Below, piece after piece: positions 34,356 through 46,834 of a stretch of DNA of 64,000 nucleotides (position 1 is the first letter of the stretch; each line of letters begins with the position of its first letter). Under the pieces are notes generated by a model. That model made no database searches. It was not told where the DNA came from and saw only the letters and a program-made list of their open reading frames with translations. Source of the DNA: Paraspadella gotoi (Eukaryota; Animalia; Chaetognatha); the NCBI GenBank assembly GCA_051294375.1, contig CM119267.1, forward strand, positions 4,633,885 through 4,697,884, in the 5' to 3' direction. The position numbers and the translations under genes are program-made.

Positions 34356-35204
34356 ATGTATTCAACGTCGGCGAAGATCGTGAAACCGCCGGGAGAGAAA
34401 CCGGACGAGTTCGAACAGTCCATCTCCCAGGCACTGCTCGAGTTGGAGATGAACAGCGATTTGAAGGTGCTCCTCCTCTCGTTTTCCTTGATCGTTTCGT
34501 CGCTCCGATTCATTATCTTTCTCCCCATTAGGCTCAACTGAGGGAATTGCACGTGACGGCGGCCAAGGAGGTGGACGTCGGTGGCGGGCGGAAAGCCATC
34601 GTGGTTTTCGTCCCGGTGCCGCAGTTAAAGCTATACCAGAAAATTCAGACTCGGCTCGTCCGCGAGCTCGAAAAGAAATTTAGCGGCAAGCACGTCGTCT
34701 TCATCGCCCAACGCCGCATCCTTCCGAAGCCGACGAGAAAATCGCGCAACAAACAAAAGCAAAAGAGACCTCGCAGGTAGGAGGGATGACTTGGCAAAAG
34801 TTGGACCTTTAATACAACCCAAAGTGACACCACACTACTCCACACTATTTCTTTTCCTTCTCCATTCAGCCGCACCCTGACAGCCGTCCACTCGGCGATC
34901 CTCGACGACTTGGTTTTCCCCGCCGAGATCGTCGGAAAGCGGATTCGCGTCAAACTCGACGGTTCAAGGATGATGAAGATCTTCTTGGACAAGTCGCAGC
35001 AGACGCAGGTTTGGAACGCCGTTTAATTTCAACGGGCTCCTGAAAACAACAGCCGAAATACGTTATTCCCCTGAGAGAGAGGAATTTATCATGAAATGAC
35101 TTTTTCTTTCCCAGGTCGAACACAAGGTGGAGACCTTCGGCGCCGTCTACAAAAAGTTGACCGGAAAGGACGTCTCCTTCGACTTTCCCGAAATTCTAGT
35201 TTAA
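34356..35204 (+). CDS. RPS7: 40S ribosomal protein S7 (eS7), four coding exons
   Basis: [50 protein letters not shown]...[26 protein letters not shown]...[32 protein letters not shown]...[18 protein letters not shown]. Confidence 0.98.
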
Positions 35205-36546
35205 AATCCAGATTTACGTTCGACGACAACGGCGGGAGTGGGGAGAAACCGCTTAGCGACCGGGGGGGACACGAGACTCCGACGAGGAATGAAGAAGACA
35301 CTCTCCTCGGAATTCATCTTCGTTATTAGTTTTTTTGTATTTCGGGAAATGCGGTTAAAAACATAATTTTGGGGGTTCTTTTGGTCAATTGTTCAACTAG
35401 AATAAATTTATTATCCCCTTCGAAAAAGTTGATAAAAATTGTTCAAAAAAATTATGACAGGATAAAATTTTAATTGTCAATCTTTTCCAAGAAAAAAAAA
35501 TATAAAAAAAAAAATTGTTGAAGACATGCATCCGTTGTTTCCGTCTTTGCAGCGTGGATCAAAATAAATATTTTTTTTTTCCGGTGATTTTTTTTTTGTC
35601 CACCGGAAAAAAAATTCGTTGTGAAGCCCGTGTGATGTGAAGACCTCGGCGCTCGATTTCGACGAGTGATCCTTGAGCTCGTCGCGGTCTCTGGAGCCGT
35701 AGCTGCCGCTTTACAGCTCACCATCGCCGCTCCGGCTCGACCTTTTGACGTAAGTTCAGGTCATAGCTTTCAAAAGGGTTGTGATTTGTATAGACTTGGG
35801 CGCGAGATAGGAGATAGGAGATAAGTTTATTTGACCAATGAGTTCCCTGACGAAGTTTCTCGGCCTGTTTCCCCGAAGAAAGTCAACTCGCGAATTTCGA
35901 GTAAAATGAATGGTAGTAGAAATGTCTCATTACGAATTTATTAAAAGATCTACTTCCATTTATAACGTAGACGCTGCGAGCTTCAGTCGACCAAATCCTA
36001 CCGGAGACGAAGCTGTAACTATCCCGTCAGCTTCCGAATGATCCAGCCACCCACGGGGAGTCTTGCCGGCTATCCTTTTCTTTTCGTAGAGGTCGTAAAC
36101 TTTTCGTCCCTTCTCCGCGCGCCGCTGAGGAGACAGGCGACTGTGAAATTCTCAGCTTTCTAATCGGCGTCTCTCTGACGCCGTAAGCCCTCTCGGGCCC
36201 CGTCCCTTCCGAACTTGCCCGCCCCGCCGGCGCCCTGGCTGATCCCGGACCCCACCCGTCGTCGGCGTCCCTTCCTCGTCCCATTCCCAATAACGCGCCG
36301 CCGCCGCCACCACAACAGCAGCAGCTTCCACCGCCGCCCCCCAGCGTCCCGGCGGTGGCCGCGCCCGCACCGCCGCCGCCCATCCCCCTGGCAGCCCAGC
36401 CCTCCGTCAATGCGGGGTTGGCGCACCCGCCCCCCGCCGTGGTGCACAATCTGTTGGGGAACAACATCGAGGCGGCGCCCTCTCCGTCGCCCGCCAACCA
36501 CGCCCACCATTTCCACGCCCACGCCGCCATTCACGCTTCCAGTAAC

Positions 36547-38370
36547 ATGGCCGCTCCTTCCTCCCGAGCGCCTTCCCCGCCGCCGGGCTCCGGCGACAAC
36601 ACCAGCTGCCCTATCGCCGAGAACTGGTGTTACACTCAAGTCAAAGTTATCAAGTTCTCGTACATGTGGACAATCAATAATTTCAGGCGAGTTTTGGATG
36701 GTTACCATTACCAGGGCCCAGCTCTCAAGTTACTGTAGATGTACATGACTCTTCTCCATCTTCAATTTCAGCTACTGTCAAGAGGAGGGCGAGGTGTTGA
36801 AAAGCTCGACTTTCTCCGCCGGCGCCAACGACAAGATGAAGTGGTGCCTCCGCGTCAACCCAAAGGGCCTCGACGAGGAGAGCAAGGATTATCTCTCGCT
36901 CTACCTCCTCCTCGTCTCTTGCAACAAGTCCGAAGTGCGCGCCAAATTCAAGTTCTCCATCCTCAACGCCAAGAGAGAAGAGACCAAAGCCATGGAGAGT
37001 CAGCGGGCCTATCGTTTCGTGCAGGTAAGGACCAGTGCGGATCTCCGTAAATATGATGTTTTCACCGAAATATAAACGATATAAGAGAAAGAATCCATAA
37101 TCCGTATCTTAGGGCAAAGACTGGGGTTTCAAGAAATTCATCCGGCGAGATTTCCTCTTCGACGAAGCTAATGGACTTCTGCCCGACGACAAACTCACCC
37201 TCTTTTGCGAGGTCTCCGTCGTCGCCGACTCCGTAAACGTTTCCGGACAGACGAGTACCACTCAGGTAAGGAAATACTGCTGTCAATAAACCTACCAATC
37301 TAACAATCAAGCCACCAACAATCTATTACTTCTCCAGTTCAAGGTCCCCGAATGTCGTCTCTCCGATGACCTGGGCGTCCTCTGGGAACATTCCCGTTTT
37401 TCCGATGTCATCCTCTGCGTGCAGGGGAGAGAGTTTCAGGCTCACAAGGCCATTCTCGCCGCTCGTTCCCCCGTCTTTAACGCCATGTTCGAGCACGAGA
37501 TGGAGGAAAAAAAGGCGAGTCTTTTATTTTCTTTGTATTATTTTTTCATCCATTTTACGACAGTCGTTTTATTTAATAGTTCAATTTATTTTATGTCTCC
37601 TTCCGAAGGCAAATCGCGTGGAGATCAACGACGTTGACCACGAAGTACTTCGCGAGATGCTTCGGTTTATCTACACCGGTAAAGCCCCGAATCTAGACAA
37701 GATGGCCGACGATCTTCTCGCCGCCGCCGATAAATATGCCTTAGAGCGACTTAAAGTAAGCACATTGCTGATATTCTGATAGTCGTGTTGACTATTCGTC
37801 TTTAATGAAATTGGTACAACCAATAAGTTATCATTCAGCTACGTATCTTGTCCCTCACTTTAGACAGGCTATGGTTAACAAGATAAAGGCTCTCTCCCAA
37901 TCTTGTTTATTCACTCTCAGAGTACCTGACTTTCCTATCAATGAATGTTATTTGTCACTAATTCGACGTTGATCAATCGTCATCCATCCGTCCTTATTCT
38001 TCCATCACACCTCAGGTGATGTGCGAAGAGGCTCTGTGTTCCAATCTATCGGTGGACAACGTTGCGGAGGTTCTCATTCTGGCGGATTTGCACTCGGCGA
38101 GTCAGCTCAAGACGCAGGCCATAGATTTTATCAACAGCCACGCGACGGAAGTCATGGACACTTCGGGCTGGAAGCAGATGGTCATGTCTCAACCATCCCT
38201 CGTCGCCGACGCCTTCCGCGCTCTGGCCACTCAACAGGTACTGTAGGAAAAAGTCCAGTTTTTCGGTGTGGTTTCTTATTTATATTCCACGTGATAAATT
38301 AACCCAATATTTCTTTCCTTGCCAGTCGCCTCCGATCGGCCCACCGCGAAAGAGAATCAAACAATCGTGA
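36547..38370 (+). CDS. SPOP: Speckle-type POZ protein / roadkill (MATH-BTB-BACK)
   Basis: [93 protein letters not shown] and C-terminal [12 protein letters not shown]. Two of its introns need GC donors. Confidence 0.97.
37805..37945 (+). repeat. Dispersed repeat family, truncated copy in a SPOP intron
   Basis: aaattggtacaaccaata...actttagacaggct...tttattcactctcagagtacctgactttcctatcaatgaa matches the copy at 49876-50282. Confidence 0.75.
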
Positions 38371-39909
38371 CGCGATTAGCTGCTCTACCCTCGTCTTTTT
38401 ATCATTGCGTGTCCGTTTTCTTTCCAGAAAGCCGCGCCTACTCTAATCTGGGGAACTCGCGCACGTTTTGTACAAAAAAAAAAAAAATAATAAAACAAAA
38501 ACAAATTTCAATTTTTTTCCTTTCTAAATTGGAAGAATGTCTTGGCGTGGATTAAACGTCGCGGTGTTTCGCGTCTCCGCTTATCTCAGTCAGTGAAATC
38601 ATGTGATCTTTTTCCTCTACCCAAATTCTTTTTTGCTTGCCGAAAGTCGATGTGTCCGAGTACTAAATCGTACCGAGGCAAGTCAATATTGAACCAATAA
38701 TTGCTATTTGAAAGCTGTGAAAGTGCAAAGAAGTTAGGATAGCTGGCGATTCTAATTTATAAGTATATATATAAGAAAATGAAAAATAAACTTAACATTT
38801 GTTTAAATTGATTTCAACACTTTTTTTAAAAATAAGTTTTCAAAAATTTGGTATTTATTTGGTATTATTTATTATTATTAGATATTTATTAAAATAACTT
38901 CTGTCAATTCTCAAACGCGACAAAAAGAAAGGAAGCGATATCATACTTAATTTTTGAATCACGAGCTATTGAAACTAAGGTATATATGTAAAAAAGTTAA
39001 ACTTAAAAGTTTTACTTGGCTAATTCTGACCGAAAGCTTTAAATACATTTTAAATAGCAAGCTAATGTTTCTCTTCCAACAATCAACAAACTAACTTTTA
39101 TCGTCTGTGTTGCGTCTATTTGTAAATACGTGAATGAATTAGGATTTCTGTGCTCCTTTCCCCTAGGACCCTTATAAGGTTATATGGGACATTCCAGGAA
39201 CCTCAACATTCAACAATTTAGAAATCCTCCATTTTGAAGCTCATTTTTGTTTTCTATTATTGAATTAATTTCTTGTCCAATGTCCATCCCTTGATAAATA
39301 GGGGTTTGTCCATGTGATTTATTTTCTTTGTCTCAACTCGTTGAGTTTGACTTGATGTAGTTGCAATAATTCGCACGAAGGCTTTAATCTCAAGACCTGA
39401 TAATCATGAGTTTTTTAGAGCATGATATAAATTAATAGTTAGGATGACATGCTGTAGGATAGGTGAAATTCTAAAATTTGATTGTTTTTGATCATTAAAC
39501 CATAATTATATGGTATGTTATTTTAGCATACCCTTTAGCGTAGTATTGATAAGTCAAATTAATGATTAACTTCCAGTTTGACAATGTGATATACGCATTA
39601 AATTCAGTTTTCACGATATTGTAATTATTCGATTCCCTTGAAAAAGTGCGTTCAAATAAAACAAATAGGCATAAGTTAAAATGAAATACAGCTAACTAGG
39701 AATCTTAATGATTGATTGAAAATGATTAGCAAGAAAAATTATTTCAAGTTTTGATTTTTGTAAATTATTAATAATATTTGTTATACATAGATAACTCTAT
39801 CTACCTATTGATTCAATTATTGAAACGCACACTTCCCGAATCATCGCTGACCATTTCTCAAACAAAGGGAGGAGCCCTGTATGGTGCCCCAACCTCCTCC
39901 CCCCCCCTG

Positions 39910-40150
39910 ATCCCGCCAACCGCGAAAGGCCATAATTTGTCTTTTCTCTTCCTCTCATCGTCATCATCATCGTCGTCGCCTTCGACTTGGTTTTCCAACC
40001 CCCGCTCTTCCTCCCGGCTCCTCTTCCTCGCTCTTCTCCCTCTCGCCCCTTACCTTCGAGTGCATCCTCCTCTTTAGCCTCCTCGCGCCCTCTGCCGAGA
40101 GTCGGCGAAACATTAGAAGATGGAAATATAGTAAAGAGTTGATGGCGGGA
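39910..40150. promoter_or_regulatory. E2F-like sites upstream of the Mad3-like gene
   Basis: TCCCGCCAA at 39911-39919, CCGCGAAA at 39921-39928 and TGGCGGGA near 40143, in a GC/CT-rich island. Confidence 0.4.
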
Positions 40151-40498
40151 CGCTGCTGCTCTCTCTTTATTTCTCTGTCAGAATTTTGCTTACAAATACT
40201 TTTTCATTTTATACTAAGCCAGTTTGTTTTGGTTTCAAATATTTTTTTTGCGAAAGTGATGAGTGAAATTTATAATTAGAAGCTCATTATTTTTCTTGGC
40301 AACTTTTCCGGCGTCTTCGTGACTGCGTTGTTTTAACGTTCCACTACATGAATTTTTTTCTTTCTCTTTCTTTCCGTCAAAACTATATAATACAGTATAT
40401 GTAATGTATTTCTTATTTTTGTCTCATTATAGAAAATCACTTAAACGATGACATTTGATTAATAAGTTCATAAAACTTACCGCCTTCCCATTTTCAAG

Positions 40499-41815
40499 AT
40501 GAGCGCGTCCGAGGAAGCGACGGTCCCCGCCGGCGAAATGCCTTCCGACGACGTCTTTTCCGCGGAAGGCGCCGCCGCTTGGGAACTGAGCAAGGAGAAC
40601 GTGATTCCGCTTCGCAGCGGGCGCCGGGTCGCCTCGCTCAACGAGGCCGTCGCTCGCGACTCCTTAACCCAAGACGCGCGTCTGCGAGAAGAGCGACACC
40701 AGTTCGAGTCCGAGCTCCGCGCCATCGATCCCAAGAAGCCCGACAACTCCCGACTCTTGGACGTGTGGCATCGATACGTGACGTGGACGGAACAATCCTT
40801 CGCCAGTGGGAAGGAACTGCCCGAGATCCTCCAGCGCAGTCTTCAAGCTTTTCCCCGCGAGTCCGGCGACATGGCCGAAGTGGCCGAAGACCCAAAATAC
40901 GTTGATTTGTGGATGAAGATGGCGGATGCTCGTGAAGACCCGCTCGAGATCTTCGCCTTTATGTACTCCAAGAAAATAGGAAAGACCGTCGCTGCCTTTT
41001 ACGAGCGCTGGGCTTTCTATCTGGAGGATGAGGGAAACTTCAAGAAAGCTTCGGCGGTTTTGTTGAAAGGCATCTCCAACGAAGCCGCGCCCATGGAGCA
41101 CTTATCCAAACTCAAGGCCGATCTGGAGATTCGAGTCGCGCGCGGTCTGAGGAAGGGAGTCGCCGACATGGCGATCGACGAGGACGACGGCGGCATGCTG
41201 CGCGCAACACTCGGCGAATTGAGAGGTGTTGGAAAGCATAAAGCGGCGCCCAATGTTCGAGTGGGTCCTCAGGCGCAGAAGCCCAGCGCTCGGCGCGGGA
41301 TGAACTTCGCGTCCAACGCTAAGACCTCGTCCTCCTCTACCCCCAACGTCCCTTCTTCCTCTTCCTTTCGAATTTTCTCCGACGATAACTCTTATCAAGA
41401 CTCCCTCACGGAAAATCCCTACAACGCCAATCCCATGAGCGCCGGTCGGGCCAAAGAGAACGTCCAGAAACCCGTGGCGTGGAATAAGGTCAAGGCCAAA
41501 CAAAAGGCCTCAACCCTTCCCTCCACGCCGATCACCCCTTGCTTCGACATTCACGTCGACGACGACGCCATGTTGCCTCCTCCCGACACCCCGGCCAAGA
41601 CTATCATCGACATGACGCATTCCAGGCCGCTGAGCACTAAGAAAATGCCCAAGGAGCCGATGAAGCCTTTGGAGTTTCTGGAGGCCCCGCCGGCGGAGGA
41701 TAAAGAGCGATTGATGTTCCGACGGGATAAGGTTTATCAGGGTTTGGAGGAGTTTAGTTTCGAAGAGATTCGCGCCGAGATGTGGAAGCGAAAAGCCGAT
41801 ATGGTGCCTTCCTAA
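40499..41815 (+). CDS. Mad3/BubR1-like spindle checkpoint protein with no kinase domain, intronless
   Basis: KEN1 (WELSKENVIPLRSGR), TPR domain (WHRYVTWTEQ, DPKYVDLW, FYERWAFYLE), ABBA-like FRIFSDD, KEN2 (RAKENVQ), ABBA-like FDIHVDD and GLEBS EFSFEEIRAE, followed by a stop. Confidence 0.88.
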   Translation: MSASEEATVPAGEMPSDDVFSAEGAAAWELSKENVIPLRSGRRVASLNEAVARDSLTQDARLREERHQFESELRAIDPKKPDNSRLLDVWHRYVTWTEQSFASGKELPEILQRSLQAFPRESGDMAEVAEDPKYVDLWMKMADAREDPLEIFAFMYSKKIGKTVAAFYERWAFYLEDEGNFKKASAVLLKGISNEAAPMEHLSKLKADLEIRVARGLRKGVADMAIDEDDGGMLRATLGELRGVGKHKAAPNVRVGPQAQKPSARRGMNFASNAKTSSSSTPNVPSSSSFRIFSDDNSYQDSLTENPYNANPMSAGRAKENVQKPVAWNKVKAKQKASTLPSTPITPCFDIHVDDDAMLPPPDTPAKTIIDMTHSRPLSTKKMPKEPMKPLEFLEAPPAEDKERLMFRRDKVYQGLEEFSFEEIRAEMWKRKADMVPS

Positions 41816-41994
41816 TTGTTTTTTTTGGAACTATTACTGTTTTATTGGTTATTCAGCCATTTTGTTATACTTATGAAAATTTGCAAAATTACTTGTTTCA
41901 CTATCTTATATTTTATGAAGGTTTTACTATTTAATCTATATTATTGTACTCTCGTATCTTTTACAGGTTGTTGTTATATAAAAATACAAACAAA

Positions 41995-44900
41995 ATGTCG
42001 CACTTTCTCAAAACTACTTGCGGCAAAAAACTAGGGGGTGCTCTAGTTTCCAAATCACGAGACGCGACTCCCGCCCGAATCCTCTGCTTCGCGTGCCGAT
42101 CCCGAACGTGTTCTCCGCCGTCGCGCGGTCACGCGACCACGCCCCCATATCTCGCGTCGTTGCGAATCGCACGACGCGGACTCCCCTCGTCGTCTCGATC
42201 TCTCTCCGCCTTTCGATTAAGCGACGGAAGCTTCGATCATTCTTTATCCCCATCGGCGAATAAAATGTGCGCGCGCCATTTTTCCGAATCGTCTAATTCG
42301 GACGATCCGGGATTTCGACCCGAAACGCCTCCCCCTCCCGGTAGAGTTTTCACCGTCTGTCTCTCCGCGCTCATTATTATAAGTTGAATGGATTCGTTTT
42401 CTTCTCAGGCGGAATGGGCGGCTCCGGGAGTAACGGCGGTCAGGGACCCAACGTTCTGGCCCTGAGTCCCATGACTGTCCCGGATTATTTCCCGTTCGTC
42501 CCGATTCTCCCAGTTTCCCGCAATCCCGTTTTTCCAAAGTTCATCAGAATGTTCGAAATTTCCAACCCGTTCCTCATCAACCTGATTCGAAGAAAGGTGA
42601 GGATTTTTTATCTCTAAGAAACTGGTAGCTAAATTGTTTTTCGCATTCTATCATTAGGATTGTTTTTTTATTTTTCAATATTCTCTCATGTTCCCTCTCA
42701 GGTTCGCTTGGGTCATCCCTATGCCGGAGTTTTCCTTAAAAAGGACGAGGCCAACGAGTCAGAGGTGGTCACGTCTTTGGACGACGTTTACCACACCGGC
42801 ACCTTCGTTCAAATCCACGAGTTGCAGGATATGGGCGATCGTCTTCGACTCATCGTTTTGGCTCACAGGAGAATAACGGTAGGTTCGATTTGATTGATAA
42901 ATACTCATTTTTTCCCCGTTGCTATGACGACATCGATCTTCCCTTAGATCCTTAACGTTTACGACGAAGAGAAGCAGGAGAAAACGGATTTGGAGCGTGC
43001 TCAGGCCGAGATTGAACGACAGCAGCAGCAGCAGCAGCAACAACAACAACCGCCACCAGATGGATACATCTCTCGGCTCAAGACGCGGTACAGGTTGCTC
43101 TCTTCTTGTCCGAAACTGTTTTCTGCTGTTTTTCGTTTCCCCTGCTTCGCTAATGACCTGCTTGGTACAGGGGTATCCGTAAAAGCGCGCGCCAACCCGA
43201 GGTCGACCGAGAAACAGTCACTGAGAGCCCCGTCGTCCCTGGTTAGTCATGAGAAATATTTTCATTTCCGCTTACTTTTTTGTTTATTACAAATTAAAAT
43301 TAATTAAAAAAATGTTTCAAACTTTCAAAAAATATTTTTACATAACTTATAGCCGTCGATTCCGTCGAATCTCCCGTCGATGCTACCTTCGTTTCTACTC
43401 CCCTCGACGCGGCCGAGACCGAGGCCTCTCCGGACGCTTCTCAAGAATCAACCGGAGCCGCCGACGAATTTAAGCCCATTTTAATGGTCGAGACTGAAAA
43501 TTATGACCACGAAAATTACGCGTATACCGACGAAGTGAAAGCCGTGACCAGCGAGGTCGTCAAGACTATCAGGGACATTATCTCCCTCAATCCTTTTTAT
43601 CGGGAGTCGGTCGCGCAGATGATTCAAGTTCGTTAGCTTTAAAGGATAACAAAGGATCTTGTTTTTCAATTTTTAACTCGCTCACGAGCCGATCGTTCGT
43701 CCCGCAGGCGGGTCAACGCTTTATCGACAATCCCGTTTACCTCTCCGACCTGGGCGCGGCTCTCACTAGTGCCGAGCCTCAAGAACTACAATCCGTCTTG
43801 GAAGAGCGCGTCATACCCGAGAGATTGCTCTTTGTTCTCAACCTTTTGAAGAAGGAATACCAGATGAGCATGCTGCAGCAGAAGATCGGTAAAGAGGTCG
43901 AGGAGAAAGTCAAGACGCAGCATCGAAAGCACATGCTGCACGAGCAGCTCAAAGTCATCAAGAAGGAACTCGGGATCGAAAAGGACGACAAGGACGCCAT
44001 CGCCGAAAAGTTTCGCGCTCGGCTCGAAGGAGGAGTCGTTCCGAAGCACGTCGAAGACGTCCTGGAGGAGGAGTTGAACAAGTTGGCCGTGCTAGACAAT
44101 CACAGGTATGGAACCGATATATATATTTTAATATATTTTATATATATAATACAATTATGTATATATTATACATAAAAACAGTAATGTAAATGAGTATTTT
44201 CAAATGTAACAATCTTAGAGTAAATCGTTCAATGTTTACACTTACAGTTCCGAGTTCAACGTGTCTCGTAACTATCTGGACTGGCTGACTTCGATTCCTT
44301 GGGGAAAAACCTCCAAGGAGAGTCTGGACTTGGACGTGGCCAGCCAAATATTAGACGAAGATCACTACGGGATGGACGATGTCAAAAAGAGAATATTAGA
44401 GTTTATCGCCGTCAGTCAGTTGAAAGGTATTGGCCGAGAATACTGAATATTTTTCCCTTTTGTTTTACTTTTCTGGCAAACTTTAATCTTTACCCCTCTC
44501 TCCAGGAACGACCCAAGGCAAGATCCTCTGTTTCCACGGTCCCCCCGGCGTCGGAAAAACCTCCATCGCTCGCTCGATCGCCAAAGCGTTAAACCGCGAA
44601 TACTTTCGCTTTTCCGTGGGCGGAATGAGCGACGTCTCGGAGATTAAGGGTTCCTTACTTTTTCTGTTGTTTACGTTTAACCGATTTGAGTCGAATCCAA
44701 TATGATCGTTTTCCTCCAGGACATCGACGCACCTATGTCGGCGCCATGCCCGGCAAGATGATCCAGTGTTTGAAGAAGACGAAGACTGAAAATCCCCTGG
44801 TTCTCATCGACGAGATCGACAAGCTGGGTCGGGGTTGGCAAGGAGACCCAGCCTCCGCTCTGTTGGAGTTACTCGACCCTGAACAGAACGCCAATTTTCT

Positions 44901-46386
44901 CGATCACTATCTGGACGTCACAGGTATTACTAATGTAATTAATTTAAGGAAATTTTATTTAAACGAATGAGAATATTTAAATGTTTGCCCCCTCCTCCCA
45001 GTCGATTTGTCAAAAGTGCTCTTCATCTGCACTGCGAACCAGTTGGACACGATCCCCGAGCCTCTCCGCGACCGAATGGAGTTGATCGAAGTCTCGGGTT
45101 ACGTGGCCGAAGAAAAGGTGGCCATCGCCCAGAAATATCTCATCCCACAGGCCGTCACGGCGACTGGCATTGTCTCGGAGAAAGTCACGGTCGACGAAGA
45201 GGCCATACACCGTCTCATCCGCGCCTATTGTCGCGAGAGCGGCGTCCGTAACCTGCAGAAACAAGTGGAAAAGATCTTCCGCAAGTCCGCCTTTAAGCTG
45301 GTGAAAGGCGCAGAGGAGATCGCCGTTGGGACGGACAACTTGACAGACTTCGTGGGCAAACCCTTGTTCACCACGGATCGAATGTATGAGACCACGCCCC
45401 CCGGCGTCGTTATGGGTTTGGCCTGGACGGCGATGGGAGGCAGCGTGCTGTATATAGAGACCACGTTGAAGAAGCCGCTTGCGCAGGAAGGCGGGAACGT
45501 GGAACTCACGGGCCATTTGGGTAAGGTTCAATTTGTTTTGTAGTTTGTAAAGTAAAATTTTGTTAAGGTTTGTTTCAATTTAAATTGTTTCTTTTTCTCG
45601 GTTAGGTGATGTAATGAAAGAGTCCGCTCTTATCGCATACACCCACGCGAAGCGATGTCTGATGAATAAACAACCGGAAAACAAGTTTTTCGAAGTAATT
45701 TTGTAAACTAATACGTTAATTTTAGTTTTCCTCGTATGAACTCTATCGACTTACTTTTTCAGGGTGCCCACATTCACGTTCATGTCCCCGAAGGAGCCAC
45801 GCCCAAAGACGGGCCCTCCGCAGGCTGCACAATCACCACCGCTCTGCTCTCTTTGGCGACGGGCACCGCCGTCCGCGAGAACCTGGCCATGACCGGCGAA
45901 ATTTCACTGACGGGCAAAGTCCTTCCCGTGGGTGGAATCAAGGAGAAGGTAATCGCCGCCAAACGCGCCGGCGCCGACTGCGTGTGCCTTCCGGCGGAAA
46001 ACCGGAAAGACTTCGACGACCTTCAACCTTACATCACGGAAGGCATCGAGGCACACTTTTGCTCCACTTACGACGAAGTGAGTCGAGGAATGGGAGGTTG
46101 AGGGTAAATATATAAAATGTGCTCTGCTCCTATTTGTCACTTCTTAATTCGTTTATTTTGCTCATAGATTTTCAATATTCTCTCGGTGATATTTTGATTG
46201 TAAGGCTCAAGTGGTTTGTTTGTTTTAGTCCTTAAAATTGTTCACTATTTATTATTCAATAATCAATATTCATGTTGCCTTCAGGTGTTTAGCGTTGCGT
46301 TTCCGGAATTATGTTCCTCTTCGGAAGCTTTTCCTCCAGAAGCCGCTCCTGCGGAGGAGCACCAGTGCGTGGCCCAAGCGAATTGA
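41995..46386 (+). CDS. LONP1: Mitochondrial Lon protease (multi-exon)
   Basis: Basic presequence-like N-terminus, then [25 protein letters not shown], Walker [23 protein letters not shown], Walker [16 protein letters not shown], catalytic PKDGPSAG and VGGIKEK. Confidence 0.97.
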
Positions 46387-46435
46387 TACAAGTGAAAGAC
46401 TGTCGCCGTTCTGGTCTAAACTTTTTCGAGAAAAC

Positions 46436-46510
46436 GTTGAACGAGATGGAAAGTGGAAACGAGATAGAACGAGATAGAACGAGATAGAACGAGATGGAAA
46501 GTGGAAACGG
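46436..46510. repeat. Short minisatellite (GAACGAGATA)n bounded by the direct repeat AACGAGATGGAAAGTGGAAACG
   Basis: Seen directly in the LONP1 3' flank. Confidence 0.8.
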
Positions 46511-46647
46511 GTTTTATTTCCAAACTTAAAAACTGTGATAATGACCGTTACTATTTTTTTTTTTGAAGAATTTTACTTCGCGTTCTTATAGATGCGTGAT
46601 TGTTCTTAAGATTATTCTTAAGATTATCGGTCAAATTGAAAAGAAAA

Positions 46648-46803
46648 ATGTCGAGATTCGGTGACTCATTGATGCTTTCATCCTCGGAGCGCGTCGTCGG
46701 AAATCCCAACCGAATGCTGCCGTCGTCGCAGCGAACGCCGCTAGCTAATCTGACTGAAAAACAATCGGCGATGATTGAGGATTGCAGAAGGTATTGATCG
46801 ATG

Positions 46804-46834
<31 letters not shown>

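Noticed and set aside
34777-35113. C/D snoRNAs in RPS7 introns
   Set aside because: CTGA and GATGA words are present, but no intron has a canonical C box and D box pair with a terminal stem. A snoscan or Infernal search would be needed.
35205-35357. Open frame after the RPS7 stop
   Set aside because: The stop is TAA-A, a poor readthrough context, and about 50 open codons with no features is compatible with chance.
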